The translations under genes and the position numbers were made by a program. From the human T2T-CHM13v2.0 reference genome, Homo sapiens: DNA of 64,000 bases. Shown one piece after another: positions 40,080-61,137 of the stretch. The stretch lies in the NCBI RefSeq assembly GCF_009914755.1, contig NC_060925.1, one strand, 5' to 3'. The first letter of the stretch is position 1. Each line of letters starts with the position of its first letter. Under the pieces are notes generated by a model that had not been told where the DNA came from, searched no databases, and saw only the letters and a program-made list of their open reading frames with translations.

Positions 40080-40532
40080 ACCTTCCTATATAGAGGCTAA
40101 TAATGCCATATACTAGCTCTTCCAGTCACCCTGCAGCACAGACATGGGTGCTGAACCCAGACTTTACCAATATAACATTCCCACCAAGACCTCTATAAGA
40201 GAGACAGTAAGAAGTTGGGACAGCAAAGTTCAAATTTTGGCAGCAGGAGGCAATAGCAACATTAAGTTTCAAAAGGAAACAAACAGTAGCAGCTATGCAG
40301 TAGCTGAGTCTAGGCTTCAGCAATTTGCAGCTCCATTATTGTCACCAGACTGTTTTAGGTCATTTTTTTGCTATGTCTCTTCTAATATCTAGGCTTCCTT
40401 GTTCCTGGCTATTAAAGGATACAACCTTCTCACTAATTTGGCAAGGTAATCAATATGCTTTCAATAAATCCCTTTTCCACTTGAATCAATCAGAATTGCA
40501 CTCCATTATCTGCAATTAAAAACCCTGACTGA
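40080..40532 (+). mobile_element. Possible ancient ERVL-class LTR fragment
   Basis: 3' end AATAAATCCCTTTT...TGCAATTAAAAACCCTGACTGA resembles ERVL/LTR16-type termini; left boundary uncertain. Confidence 0.4.
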
Positions 40533-40803
40533 GCCATTTACTAATTAAATACATTACACTAAATAATTATATTTTATCCAATCTTTTTACCTTAGCATTT
40601 GTTCTTTTATATAATTTGTCATTATGGTCTTAAGTAACATCTAATTTATACATGGTAGTATGCTCTAATGAGAACAAAAAATCTTCAAATCAGATTTTTT
40701 TTTTTACCTTTTTCAAAAGTAACACAAAATACAAATATAATAACAATTATCTAAGGGTTATTTTCACTGAAGTTCAAGGTTAAGCTTTATTAAGGCTTCT
40801 TAC

Positions 40804-40895
40804 CTGTCAGGAATACCTAGCCTCTTGACACTTCTATAAACAGAAAGGGTATTTGCAACATGTCGATAATTAAACCAGAATCGGGATGTACACAC
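40804..40895 (-). CDS. PIGK: PIGK exon 3 ([31 protein letters not shown])
   Basis: tcag|GTG acceptor, AG|gtaaga donor; 92 nt; contains the WFNYRH motif of C13 peptidases. Confidence 0.98.
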
Positions 40896-41011
40896 CTGAA
40901 GTATTAAAACAAAAACAGAATTTTTATGCATCAAGGCTAACCATGGAGCTGCAGAGTATTTTTCTTTAAGTAGGATACAGAGATCTCTAAGAAACAGTAT
41001 GCCATAATTCA

Positions 41012-41398
<387 letters not shown>

Positions 41399-42103
41399 TT
41401 AAAAAACCATTCAGCTTAAGAGAAAGCATATCTTTGGGAAATTAAATCAAATACTGAACCAACTTAGTTATCACAATTTCTGTGACTCAGTAACATTCCT
41501 ATTTCTAAAAAATTAAATTCTTTAGAATCAAAGACAATGCCCATAATTTCTTCACAGAATAGAGAAGAAAATTAGCTACATAGGGTTATACAATATTTGT
41601 TTCATTCCACATTGCTTCCTTTATTGTGAGAAACGTAGGACACAGGATAAAACATAACATATAAAACAGTTGTAAATGTACATAAGAGAGTGCATTATAA
41701 AGAAGCTATTGAACTCAAGAGAAAATTAGAAACAATCCAACCAAGTTTTATAGTTTAAAAAAATTCCTGAGAATTATATTAAAGGTGCTAGGAAAATCTA
41801 ATTCCATGCCTCAAAAGTTAGTGTTGTTCAGAACCCATTCTAAGGTAGGTAAATATAGATTGGGGTCACTTGGTAATATATCTACCAAGTACAATCCCGG
41901 CTTCTATCACATGCCTGTGCCTTTAGTAGGTATAATGACAATTTTGAGAACAGCATAAGTGTTCTTGCCCCTGACAAACAGAAAGGAACTACATGGTTTT
42001 TTTTTAAATTAAGTTTTCAACCTAGAATCCAATCAGGAAAAGACTAAATTTTTGACTATATAAAAATGTAAAATTCCATATATCAAAAATATCATAAAAT
42101 TCT

Positions 42104-42395
<292 letters not shown>

Positions 42396-43579
42396 CTCCC
42401 TTTTTAATTTTAAAAAATAAAATATAATTTATTAAAGTTTCACTATACTAATATGTAAAATATTGGACAAAAAAAAGAAAACTGTAGTTGTAATACAATG
42501 CTCAGTAATGTTTCTTTTTCATCTTTTATTTTTTACCAGGTTACTGAAATTGAAGAGAGGTTTGGTTAGAGGTTTCCCAGAGCAAGGAAGGCTTTCATAT
42601 GTGTGTCAGTATAAGCTAACAGTATTTTAGTTCCAAAAGATAAGCCCTTTGCAATTGGTGGTCTGCACATAGGCAGTTATTGCCTCTTGAACATGGAGGG
42701 GCTCCTAGTTTCCTGTAGAAAAAGTTTATCCTGTCAAATTGGTAGATGATGGCCTGGCTCCCAATAGTTCTCCTTACTTTTAAGTAGGCATTGAAATCCT
42801 CTCTCCTTATCTTTAGCAGTCTTTTCTCAGTAACTTCAGAAAAATTTCTTGTGAAGGGTAGCATATATAAGAGGTTTTTTTCTTGAAGAACAAGAAAATG
42901 AGCCATGGACCCATGTTACACTGTCCTATTTAATCACAATGCTATTACATTTAAAACAAACAAGTATAGAACTTGGAATCACCCTATTTACTTATAGGAA
43001 CCTATAGATAATTCATTATCTATATTTTTATCAAATGTGTTTGTCAAATGATTCTCAATAAATTTACAAAGCCTCAAACTTCATTTGGCGTCAGTAAGTT
43101 AATTATAGTCTTGCATGTTTATTCTGCACTTTAAGCTGAATTCCTCTATCCATCTCCTTTACATTCCCACTATATTCTTACCATTTATAATCCCCAGTTT
43201 TCTTCCTTTTCCAACATGCATTACTGGCTTTGAGATGCTGTACATTCTCTGCTCCCTTTTTCACAAAATCAGCTTCCTTTCCTGCCTCTTTGAACCTATT
43301 CTCTATTTCCCCATTGTTTCTTCCAGTCCAATCCTTGTACATGTTTTTTCATTAAGTCAACATTATATTTTCTAATCATATAAATGCCATTAAATGAAAC
43401 TCCAGTAATGAAACTATTATCCAAATATTTTCCAAGCATAGGAAAAACAAATTTGATTATGTGAATTCTGTTTGAGGAATTAAAACTACAAATTTCTGAA
43501 TCCAGAAAAATTAAAGATGGTAATTCACACTAAGGTTGGGCAAAAGGCAGAAGAAAAAAAAAGGGCCAATAAGCAGGCC

Positions 43580-44230
43580 TTACTAAAAATCAAAACAATG
43601 CAAATTAAAACAAAATGTAATGTGTTGACCAGCAGTCAAAAAGTTAAGATAAAAATTAAGAATACATAGCTGACTTGAATTTAGAAAAAGACCCACAGTC
43701 TTTCTGGAGGCAATCATGCTCCATGACTTCACATTCTTACACTTAGGAATTTATCCTAAAGAGAAAATCAGTCAGGTCACAGAGTTATGTGTATAAGAAT
43801 GTTCAACACAGCCCTGTTTACAATAACAAAAAATTTAGATTCTAAATGCCCATAAACTGGAGGTTACAGTACATTCACAAAACAGAAGAAAATACAGCTT
43901 TTGGAAAAGATTATATGTCTCCATACCTACTGGCAGGGAAAGATCCCTAAGATAATACTAAAGGGTTGCAAAATAGCAGGTATAATATGATCCCAATTAT
44001 ATAAAATCATATATCTATATATCTTTATGCTTATATATGAAGAGGGAAAGGGCTTGAACAATGCTCACCAAAATATTAACTCTGGGATGTGGGACTTGAA
44101 GCCATTTTCCCTGTCTTCTTTAATTGAGGTGAAATTCACAAAACAAAATTAGTCTGCCTTCTTTAAACTTTTCTGTATAACTTGAACTTCTACAGTGGTC
44201 ATTTATTATTTTTATAAGCAGAAAAAACAA
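43580..44230 (+). mobile_element. Old L1ME/MC-like 3' fragment
   Basis: CAAATTAAAACAA, CTTAGGAATTTATCCTAAAGA, AAGAATGTTCA...CAGCCCTGTTTACAATA motifs. Confidence 0.6.
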
Positions 44231-44599
44231 CTGAAAAAATTTTAAAAAGTGTAAGTAGAAAGTATCTATCAACTAATACTATAAATAACAGATGCAATTA
44301 GTAGTTTCCAGCATTAAAATATTTCTACCTCTTATAAAATGTTTCCTTTAACAATAGCATTCCTAATTTATTCTTACATTTATTTTCAGATCACCACTTG
44401 ACAGATATTCTGAGGACAAAGAATATTACTAGATTATTATAGTTGATGTGGTCAATTTAAAATATAGCCAAATCAAAATAAAGAATTTCTGATATAAAAT
44501 GTAAAAAAATAAATTGTATTTTCAAAAATTTGATTCACACAAATTTCTCAGATACATATCTAATGTGAACAGCAAGGTATACTTTTACAGTATACTTAC

Positions 44600-44653
44600 C
44601 AGAACAGCCCAGTTGTTTGTATGGCCACTTCTAAAGAATTGTTCTGCTTGATC
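44600..44653 (-). CDS. PIGK: PIGK exon 2 (DQAEQFFRSGHTNNWAVL)
   Basis: ttag|GAT acceptor, CTG|gtaagt donor; 54 nt; NNWAVL is the conserved start of the C13 (legumain/GPI8) domain. Confidence 0.98.
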
Positions 44654-44849
44654 CTAAATAAAGCAAAACAAATAGAAGAAAAAGGCACAATTTCTCAGAA
44701 TAAAGACTGATAATGGACAGTTGAGACTCGTGTAGTTTTTACAGTTGTAATAACAATCATCTTACGTAAGTTTATGAAGATTCCAGTATTTGTCATTATG
44801 GACTACACAAAGAATCAAAAGAGCTTATTGCTTAAGACACTATAAGGAC

Positions 44850-45440
44850 AAAAGTCCTGAACTGGAAATCTGGAGAACTGGGTTTCATTCTTGGCTTAGA
44901 CACCAATTAAACAGAGTAACCTTGATTAAGATACTTAACCTCCCTGGAGACTCAGTTTCCTCATGTGCAAAATGAAAGCAATGCCAATCCTACATCACAG
45001 GGCTCTTTTAGAGAACTATAAGGTATATGTGCAAGAGCTTCTGCTTTAAAATATTATTTAGCATTACTCAAATGAAAGCATACTTACTATATAACTCATA
45101 TCTTTCTATTTCCCGTACCCTGAGAATTATTAAGAAAGTAGAATGTATGTTCAATTAAGAACGTACAATCTGCTTGTTCAACATTTAACAAGGCTATTAT
45201 TTAAAACTGCAACCTCGCCCCACCATTTTTCTTACTATAATTTATTTTTTCTACTGTGTTTATCATCTTCTTACATTATATATATAATTAACTTATTTAT
45301 TATGTGTATTAATCGTCTGTCTTTCCCAAAACAATGTAAGCTTCAGTAAGGCAGGGGCTTTCATCAGTTATATTCAATGATGTATTCCAAGTAAGTTTGG
45401 CATATAGTGGGTTTTTAATAAATATTTTTTGAATTAATGA
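44850..45440 (+). mobile_element. MIR (~44850-45050) followed by an L2 3' end (~45200-45440)
   Basis: MIR core CTTAACCTCCCTG..ACTCAGTTTCCTCAT.TG.AAAATG; L2 end AATGTAAGCTTC...GGCAGGG...AATAAATATTT...GAATTAATGAAT. Confidence 0.65.
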
Positions 45441-46694
45441 ATCCATGGTCCAAATGCCTTTACTCTCGGTGAACAAATCAAGAGTCATCTATGGAAAACT
45501 GAAACCGCATGGTTGATAGGTTCAGAATATGGTAAGAAGGTTATTACATAAAGGTTGTACTATAAAGTTGTAACTTTCAAAATCTCCTTTTAGGTTGTAC
45601 TCTGATAATTCCTCTATTAAAGTGATCACTCTCTACAGTGAGAAGGCAAGGTAAAAATGCATATGCCAGGAATTTAACCAAAGATTAATATTTCACTTTT
45701 AGTAATGCCATACAGATAATTTTTATCCTCGTGAATTGCTTGTGAGATATAATCTCCCTACATCCTCAACAAAAACAAAATTATCACTCTTTGAACTTCT
45801 CATAGACATCTTTTTAATCCTTTAATCATTTAATAGTCATCTCAGTTGATTCTCTAAAATCTCTGCAATTATGTTAACCAATTCTTTAATATTGGTCACA
45901 ATATTAAAAATTAAAGATCAGACAAATGTGCTACAACACCCATAAAGATTGCTGAGGTTTCTTTCTTTCTTTTTTTTTTTTTTTCTGGGAGATATAATTG
46001 AAAGAGAGAGGGGCCTGATTGCTTTTAAACATTTTTTCTCAAACACAGACAGGTCTTCTTCATATGCTTCTAATTTTCCATTCAGTCCTGTAATTGTGAA
46101 TGACTTATTTCATGTCTTCATTCTACACATAAGTTAATATGCTTCCTGTTAAAAATTTCATTCAGTATCCATTCTTACTAGGTACTTTATTTGAACTCAC
46201 CAATATAGCTGATTGAGCACATCCTCTAGCATTCTGCCAGGGACCACTTCACCAATCTATTAAAGTAAGTCTAAATTATATTTGCCATCTCAAGACACTA
46301 AAATTTTCTAACACCATCCTGACACCTAATGAACATGATTTTGATTATATATTAAAATAATAGTGGATATAAGCCATACTGACCTCAGATCAGCTCCCAA
46401 ACATTAATTACTAGACCTGTCAGAATGTCTAGGTTCGAATCTGGGCTCTATTACTTACTAGGTGTATAAACAGGAAAGTTCTTTAACTTTTCTGTGCCTC
46501 CAAATCTCCATCTATAAAACAGTAATAATATTATCTGACTCAGAGAATGTAGGAATAGTGACTGGAACATACTACTAGTCTGAAAAACATTAACAGCTTT
46601 AATTTTGAGCTAACAAGAAAATTTCAGGGAGAATAAATTTAAACTTCCACTTGTACACACATCTGTACCTGTGTGTACAAGCACACACACAAGT

Positions 46695-50420
<3,726 letters not shown>

Positions 50421-51099
50421 AGAGGCATCGCTTAAAGAGAATACAACATTGGTCAGAAAGTAAAGTATCTATTTCTGGAGATTTGTGAAATATCATTAAC
50501 AGATTTTAGAGTGTACATGTAACCCTCAAGAATATCAATTTTCATTAGAATATCATTTGCTGTAGTAATACAAGTTAATTCTTACGTTAACTACCAATAG
50601 AGATGGAAAAAACTGATCTCTGAAATTACTATGGCTAGGATAAAATACCCTTAATTTAGCAAGGCAATAACATAGTATTTCACATTAAATGAAACTATAA
50701 TGGGTTGTCTATTGTTAAGCATTGTTTCTGATAAATTGACATGATAAATATAGAATAATAACCTGAACAAAAAGTGTGTGTGTGGCATGTGTGTGTGGGG
50801 GGGTGTGTGTGTGTGTATTTTTCCCCCTCCAAACTCAACAGCTGCCTGGATGTTAAAGAAAGCAATGTGCTACAGTGGTTAAGCATTGATTTGGGAATTC
50901 AAAGACCTAAGCTAAAATTTAGGTCCTATCTCGCAACTGGCTGTGAAATTGCGGTAAGTCATTTAGCTCTTTAGACTTGACTATCCTCATGTCTCTAATG
51001 TGCCTTCCACCTCCAAAGTTCTTACTTCTTTCAGACCTTAGTGAAAAAATTTAGATGGCAAAACTTTTTTGTGGTTGTCTAGACAATACAGTCATTATA

Positions 51100-52950
51100 A
51101 AGTTATTCATTCTACATACAGTAAATGCAGCACCTATTATGTGCCAGATACCATTAATATATAGTGATACAAAAATCACTAAAAAGCATGCTGCTTTCTC
51201 TCAAGAATCCAGAGTTCAATAAAGAGGAGCATGCAAACACATTACACTATAATTATTACATTCATTAATTCATCACACTCATTGGGCAACATGCCAGTCA
51301 CTGCCCTGAGTGCTCCAAATACAATGCTGGGCAAAAATAGCCATAGTACTGCCTTCAAATAGGTTACTATCTAATTGGATAGATATACATTTAACAGATA
51401 AGGAAAGACACACAATATAATAAGAGTACAACAGAGGGACCTGACCTGGTCAGGAAAGTTTTCCTAAAGAAGTGACTGTTGGGTTAAAATCCAAAAGATG
51501 AAGAAAAGAGGAAATACAATTCCAGACAGAGGGGAGACAGCTCTAATGTGAGAAAAAGCTTAAAGGTTTTGAGAAACTGAAAGAAAGTTAGCCTAACTAG
51601 AAGTTTGAAAGAGAAAGAAAAAATTTGAAGTGTAGTCAGGGCCCAAAAAATATGCAGGGTTTTTGTTTGTGGGTCATGGTGGAGAGTTTAGAGCAACATT
51701 AAGGTGATCTTTTGAGCAACATCAAGGTCCCTGGGTGACATGATTGGAACTGCATTTTTAAAAGTTACTCTGGCTTCAATTTGGAGAACAGATTGAAAGG
51801 AAAAAACAACGACTCAAGGCAAAACATTTAGGAAACTGTTGCTCCTATCTCTAAGTGAGATATGATGGAATAACAGTACAAACCATACACGGGTTATAGT
51901 AAATGAGTGCTGTATCAAGTGTACAAATTACAAGAGTAAAGGCAAAGGTAAGAGATAGGGAAACGTTCTACAGAGGTTATGCCTTTACTGTATCTTAGCA
52001 CATGAACAGAGGAAACACAATGTATAAAATATTGTAATGTGAAAAAGCACAGCAATTATGTAACTACAAAAAACAGTAATAGTATCCAAGATGAAGCAGT
52101 CAAAGTTAGAATAAAGGAGGGAAACAGAACTTCTATTTACTCATATTTATGTTCTCTAAAAATTATGCTATATAAACATCAAATATATAAATTAACAGTA
52201 ATTCATAAATATATATGAAGTTCATGCTCAATATCTTTTTTTAACTGATAGGGTGTGTATTCAAAAAGTTTGGAGTCCACTGGTCTAAGCTCAAGGTGCC
52301 CAGGTGGTGGGGAGAAGAGGTTCCAATATGGAACACTGGAAAAGTAGGCAAGCACCAGGTCATAACGTTTAGACTTTATTCTGTATGCAATTAATAAATA
52401 TTTAAAAGATTTCATCAGAAGAATAACCTGATCAGGCTTACATTTCGTGTAGACGAATCTAGCACCAAACTCAGGGAGTATGGAGGCCTATGGAAAACAA
52501 GATAAAGTAATCGCAAGAGTCTAGACAAGAAGTGATCACAGCCTGAATTAAGTCAGTGGAACTGGAGAGGTGAGGGCAATTTTAAGAACTCAGATCACAA
52601 AATTTAGTGATAATTAGAATATGGGATAAAGAGATTAAGACTCTCAGGTTTCTAGCTTAGGAGCAGCACATCTGGTTGAGAAATGGAGGAGAAAAGGGGT
52701 GCTTAGTTTTTCAGTGTCTTTTTAAGAGGAGGTAGGATAAGCAGAAGATAAAACTTTGCACACGGATTTTCAAATGTCTCCTGACTATCCCGGATTCTTA
52801 GTCAGCTGGATATGCAGGCCTGAAAAAGATACCAGACATCTAGATTGTAGACCGGGACTGAGGAATCATCAGAGTATGGTGAATAGTAAAAGCATTATAG
52901 AGCACCAGAACATCCTGTGTCCACGTTTAAAAATGGGAAGCTGGAGGAGC
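51100..52950 (-). mobile_element. Fragmented L2 sequences in intron 1
   Basis: TTCATTC...GCACCTATTATGTGCCAG, GGTCAGGAAAG..TTCCT, TTTTAAAAG.TACTCTGGC, AGGTTTCTAGCTT are typical antisense L2 motifs. Confidence 0.6.
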
Positions 52951-53127
52951 CCAGGATAAAACTAAGCACCCCTTTTCTCTTCCATTTCTTAACCCAGACG
53001 TGTTGCCCCTAAGCCAGAAACTTGAGAGTTTTAATAAACACTTATATTTATCCCATGTTCTAATTATCACTAAATTCTATTATCTGGATTCTTAAAATTG
53101 CCCTCATCTCTCCAGTTCCGTCTGACT
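52551..53127. repeat. Inverted repeat: arms 52551-52710 and 52958-53127, spacer ~250 bp
   Basis: Reverse complement of the right arm aligns along the whole left arm, e.g. GGAACTGGAGAG.TGAGGGCAATTTTAAGAA, AATTTAGTGATAATTAGAA.ATGGGATAAA, GAGAAAAGGGGTGCTTAGTTTT. Confidence 0.95.
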
Positions 53128-53379
53128 CCTATCAAAACAGAGGGCTGCAGTTGAGTAGTAGGAAAGCAGTTGCTGCACACTGACATTTCACGAGCCTCTT
53201 GCTCGTATTTCACCTAAGAACTGCACACATGTAGGAGCAAAGGATCAGGTCCTCCTCTGTCTCCGAGGGTTTGATTATTTCAATTCATCGTTTTAAAACG
53301 CTGAAACAGACCAACAGTGTCCTAACCCGTGCCCAGTGATACCCTCCTCAAACCCAGCCTGGGTCAGGGGCTGATTGAC

Positions 53380-53735
53380 TCCAGGAGGCGTCCCTCAGCT
53401 ACTGTGTATCGGACATCTGCTGGAGGGCTCACAGCCGGCCTCCCGGCTGTGGTCAAATGAGCCTGACTCCTACCTCGATATGACTAGCGGCCACGCTGCC
53501 GAAGGACAAGAGCAACACAGTTGCCAAGACAGTCGCAGCCCGGCTGAGGCTGTCGGTGACGGCCATGTTTACCGGCTTCAGACTTCCCGCACCTGAAGGG
53601 GCGGAGGCAGTGCCGTAAAGTAGCGCTGCGGGTTTTTGCGACACCATCCGCGCCTCTTCGAGGTGGCCCTCTGGTCCGGCTTTAGAACTCTGCGGTTTTG
53701 TGGAGCTCGAGAGTCCGGGACAAGGTAGACGCAGG
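53380..53735 (-). promoter_or_regulatory. PIGK: PIGK CpG-island promoter, apparently TATA-less, with GC box (GGGGCGGAGG 53598-53607), ETS-like GGGAAGT (~53582-53588, minus) and YY1-like AACATGGCCG over the ATG
   Basis: Only CpG-dense non-repeat stretch in the window; overlaps exon 1; motifs read directly. Confidence 0.85.
53474..53566 (-). CDS. PIGK: PIGK coding exon 1 (codons 1-31, signal peptide MAVTDSLSRAATVLATVLLLSFGSVAASHIE)
   Basis: ATG at 53566 (minus: AAACATGG); translation matches the human PIGK N-terminus; donor GAG|gtagga at 53473; 93 nt, phase 0. Confidence 0.98.
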
Positions 53736-55279
53736 ATATTGACCTTTTTATTTTTAACTGCATTTTCAGTTTGGAGGTTGTAAAATAGGTATAACATTTA
53801 AGAAAAAAAATTGAAAGGTGAGTGGAGGGAAAACCCGTAACTCCTTAAACTTTAAAAACTTATTTCTCTGTTCCCTTATTTATTTTATTTATTTATTTAT
53901 TTATCTATTTATTTTGCCGAGTGCTGCCAATTCTTTGAAAATATGAAGCTGGATGTGGTGGGAAGAACAAGCGTTTTGGCACAAAAAGATGATTAATTGG
54001 ATAAACTATAAATGGAAAATGTGGGTGGGCGCTGCAATTTAGAGGCTTGGGGTCTACTACCTGGTGAAAGGATTAACATGGGAAGCTAGTTACGTTTTTG
54101 TTTCTTGAGTATCTTCTGTAATTATGGAACTAAAGCCTATCTGGAAGAGACACAGCTGGTGTATATGTATGGTCCACCATTCTCTTTATTATGTGAGTTC
54201 AGTTTTAATTTATGCATTTCATCTAGTATGACATAAACGTTTCCACGCTGCTTCCTCACAATTTTAACATTTAATGGTGAGATAAAATTCCATCCATTAT
54301 TGATGCCTCAGCCAAAGTAATTGTCCCTCTGCTGCACAATGCAAAGTTTTTAAGTTTTACTATGAAAATAATATTGTAAAGAGTATCTTTTGTGTGTTTG
54401 GCTTTTTAAATGTGTTGAATTATTTTGTTTGTATAATTTTCCTGAACTAGGAATTTGGGGTCAAAATATTCCAAAACATTTTAATAACTATAAATGATGT
54501 TGCTTTCCAAAATGAACAAGCTTACAGCACTATCAGAATACACAACACCAAACCATACCATTTTTTTTCCTTTAAATTCTTTGGTATGAAATGTTACCCC
54601 TAGGTAACTATACTTATAATTCTTTGGTTACTATCAAGATCTGATGTCTTTCTTGTGTTTCTAAACTATCTCTGTGTCCTCTGATGTAAATTCTTTGTTT
54701 ATATATTTATGTTTTGCATATGAATTTGAATAATATATTTATAAATAAGTAACATTAGCCTTTGCCATATTTTATGCTATTGCTTTTCCCATTCTCTTGT
54801 CTCTCTTTTCCTTTTATTTGTTTCTTTTGCTATTGCACTTTGTGAGAGGTTTCATGCTATTTAGTCAAATTTAGGTTTTCCGTTATGTGAATCCTAGAAA
54901 GTAAATACACTGCCAGAATATCTTCCATGTATTCATTAATTCAACAGATATCTATTGGATGCTGATGATTATGAAACAAAGTAGCAAAGATAAGAAGCCA
55001 TTTGCTCATTCTGCTCCTTTGCCAGCAATATTTCACAAAGCCCCTGACTCATTGACTGTGAGCAGCCTTGTGGAAGAATGCCTTGAAGACCATAAGCAGG
55101 ATAGGGAATAGGTTTGCACATCTCTTGCCTGAATCACTGAATTTTTACAAAAGGTAAGTTTGGTGATCCTAGCCCTTGCCTCTTCCTGTACATAAGATAA
55201 TGTCTGACAAGATTAATGATTATGCCTCAAATTCATGACCAGATGTAACTTCATACCCACACTTTGATGAGACTTTACT

Positions 55280-57833
<2,554 letters not shown>

Positions 57834-58391
57834 TTAATGTAATTTCTGAGCACATTTGATGTAACTTCTTAACACATGCAGAGCAACCACCACCTATGTT
57901 TAAGCTATGGGGTGAATCAATGCTTTGCAGCAATATAACAAACTCTTTGAAAGATTCTCCCAGGTTGCAGTACTCAGTAGGACTTCTGAATAAAATTAAC
58001 TTTAATTATTTAAAAGCCTGTTTTTTTTTCTTTAGTTGACATAACATACCAGGATATTGTAGCTGGAAATACATAGGAGGTTCTTGCTCTCACGAACCTT
58101 ACATTCCAGTAAGGAAAACAGACAATAAGAAAAAAGAAAAATGAATACAATAAATTCTCATGGTGATACAAATAAGGTAAGATGACAGAAACTGAAGGGA
58201 GAGGGAGACACTACTTCAGTGAGGTGGTCAGTGAAAACCTCTCTGCAAAGGTGGTGTGAAATCTGAGACCTGAATGACAAGAAAGAACTAGCGATGCAAA
58301 CATCTGCGGGTGGCACATTTCTAATATTTATTTTTTACTAGTTTTATTTTGTGTTAATTTTACGTTTAACTATCTGGAATATATTTTGGTA

Positions 58392-58715
58392 CAGGAGTCC
58401 CCCTTATCCAAGGGGGATATGTATCAAGCCCCCCAGTGGATACCTGAAATCACAGATAGCGCTGAACCCTATATGTACTGTTTTTTCCTACATATATGTA
58501 TCTATGATAAAGTTTAATTTATAAATTAGGCATAGTAAGATATTTACAAAAATAATAATAAAATTGAACAGTTATAACAATATACTGTATAAATCTTATG
58601 TGAATGTGATCTCTCTCTCTCTCAAAATCTGCCATACTTACCTATTGCCAGACCACAGTTGACCATGGCTAACTGAAATCATGGAAAGCAAAACCACAAA
58701 TAGGGAGGGCTACTG
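58392..58715. mobile_element. MER44A-type TcMar-Tigger MITE
   Basis: TIRs CAGGAGTCCCCCTTAT / ATAGGGAGGGCTACTG; TA TSD on both sides. Confidence 0.85.
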
Positions 58716-58901
58716 TATGTTCTATAAGATAATATGTGAATTGTCTATTGCTACATAACAAACCACCCAAAACTTTGTGATGTGTCCAAGCCCAAGGATG
58801 CAAGGTTTCCAAGCTTCCAGATCCCAAGGATACCAGGAAACAGGATTCCCAGGAGGCCATTGCTATAATGATCTACCACTATTTTTACCAAAACTGGTAT
58901 T

Positions 58902-59306
58902 TGTATTAGGCTGTTCTCCCATTGCTGTAAAGAAATACCTGAGACTGGCTAATTTGTAAAGAAAAGAGGTTCCATAGGCTGTACAGGAAGCATGATGCTA
59001 GCATCTTCTCAGCTTCTGGGGAAGCCTCAGGAAACTTACAATCATGGTGGAGGGCAAAGTGGGAGTCAGTACGTCACATGGCCAGAGCAGTGAGAGAGGA
59101 GGGAGGTGATACACACTTTTTAAATGGCCAGATGTCAGGAGAACTCACTATCCTGAGGACAGTACCAAGGGAGATGCTGCTAAACCATTCATGAGTAATC
59201 CACTCATCCACCACCACGATCCAATCACCTCCCACAAGGCCCCACCTCCAATATTGGGGATCACAACCCCACATGAGATTTGGGTGGGGACACAGATTCT
59301 GTATCA
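58902..59306 (-). mobile_element. MSTA-type MaLR solo LTR
   Basis: TGTATTAGGCTGTTCT...GAGATTTGGGTGGGGACACA...TCA; TSD GTATT/GTGTT. Confidence 0.85.
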
Positions 59307-59383
59307 GTGTTGTTATTCAAAAAATTTTGTACATAGTCCTTACCTTTCCCATTTCCTTGTGATATTCCTTTATGAAATTGTTA

Positions 59384-59688
<305 letters not shown>

Positions 59689-60021
59689 GCGGTATTTCTA
59701 GGTATTCTGTTCCTTCTACACAACTATTTTGAGGCCAGTGCCATGTTAATTATTGTTGCTTTTAATATGTCCTAATATTTAACAATTAGGGCTAACCATT
59801 TTGCTATTTCATTTTTCACAAAATTATTGATTTCACCTGAAAATTTTCTAACCAAATTTTACACAAATTTATTCAAGTTAAAAGAAATGCTACTTGGATT
59901 TTTAGTGGGATTATACAAAATCTATTAATAAGTTTAATAGAAACTGACATCTTTATATTTACTCTTCTCATCTGAGAACATGGAGATCTATTTATTTGAG
60001 AGATTTTAAAAAATTATTTTT

Positions 60022-60330
<309 letters not shown>

Positions 60331-61134
60331 TTAAGCCACAGATATCGATGATTAAACTATTTCCTAAGTATTTTTAACATTCGTTAAAACACTTAATGTA
60401 TTTTTTTATTTGGTAGGAAATATATAAAAATTATTATATATGTGTGTAATATCTGTAATATTCATTATATATTCAAATCAGTTATTGCCAATATACAGAT
60501 CATATTTCATGTCCAACTGTTCTTTCATTATTTTAATAAGAATTATTTTAATAATGAAAATTATTTAAAAACTTTTGTTCAACAGACTGGACTTTTCTAG
60601 TTCTACAATGTCTGTCAATTATCTTTTTGTCCCTTTATAGTATTCTTTCTCGATTTCTTTTTCACAGCTTGTTATGGCTCAATATTTATAAAGTTGATAG
60701 CAAGTAGCTTTTTTTATTTTGTTTTTGTTTTAAAATTAAGGTTTTAGCAGCTTTTCATTAAGTTTATCATTAGTTATTGGATTAGAATACTCATTATCAT
60801 GCTAAAGAAGTAGATTTGTATTCCTCTTTATTTGTTTGTTTGTTTGTTTCATTAAACTGCTGATTTTCAAGTGCAGGATAGAGGCAGCTTCCTACCTAAA
60901 TGAAGGACATGAGCAGTTGTAAACACGATTCAATATTGGAAATAATAATTCCTTTTATCTGTGAGTATATGAGATAGCATTGTTTATAATTTGTATGGTT
61001 AGAATTGTTAACCATAGTCTGCGTTTAAACTAGAACTCAATTTAGTTATTCATTAATTTATTATTGAGATATTCATTAAGTGAGTTAATACAATTTGGCA
61101 ACTAAAACCAAATATGAGTATTTGATTGATCAAA

Positions 61135-61137
<3 letters not shown>

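Noticed and set aside
42535-42920. Possible ancient LTR ending in TGTTACA
   Set aside because: Cannot assign a family or boundaries from sequence alone
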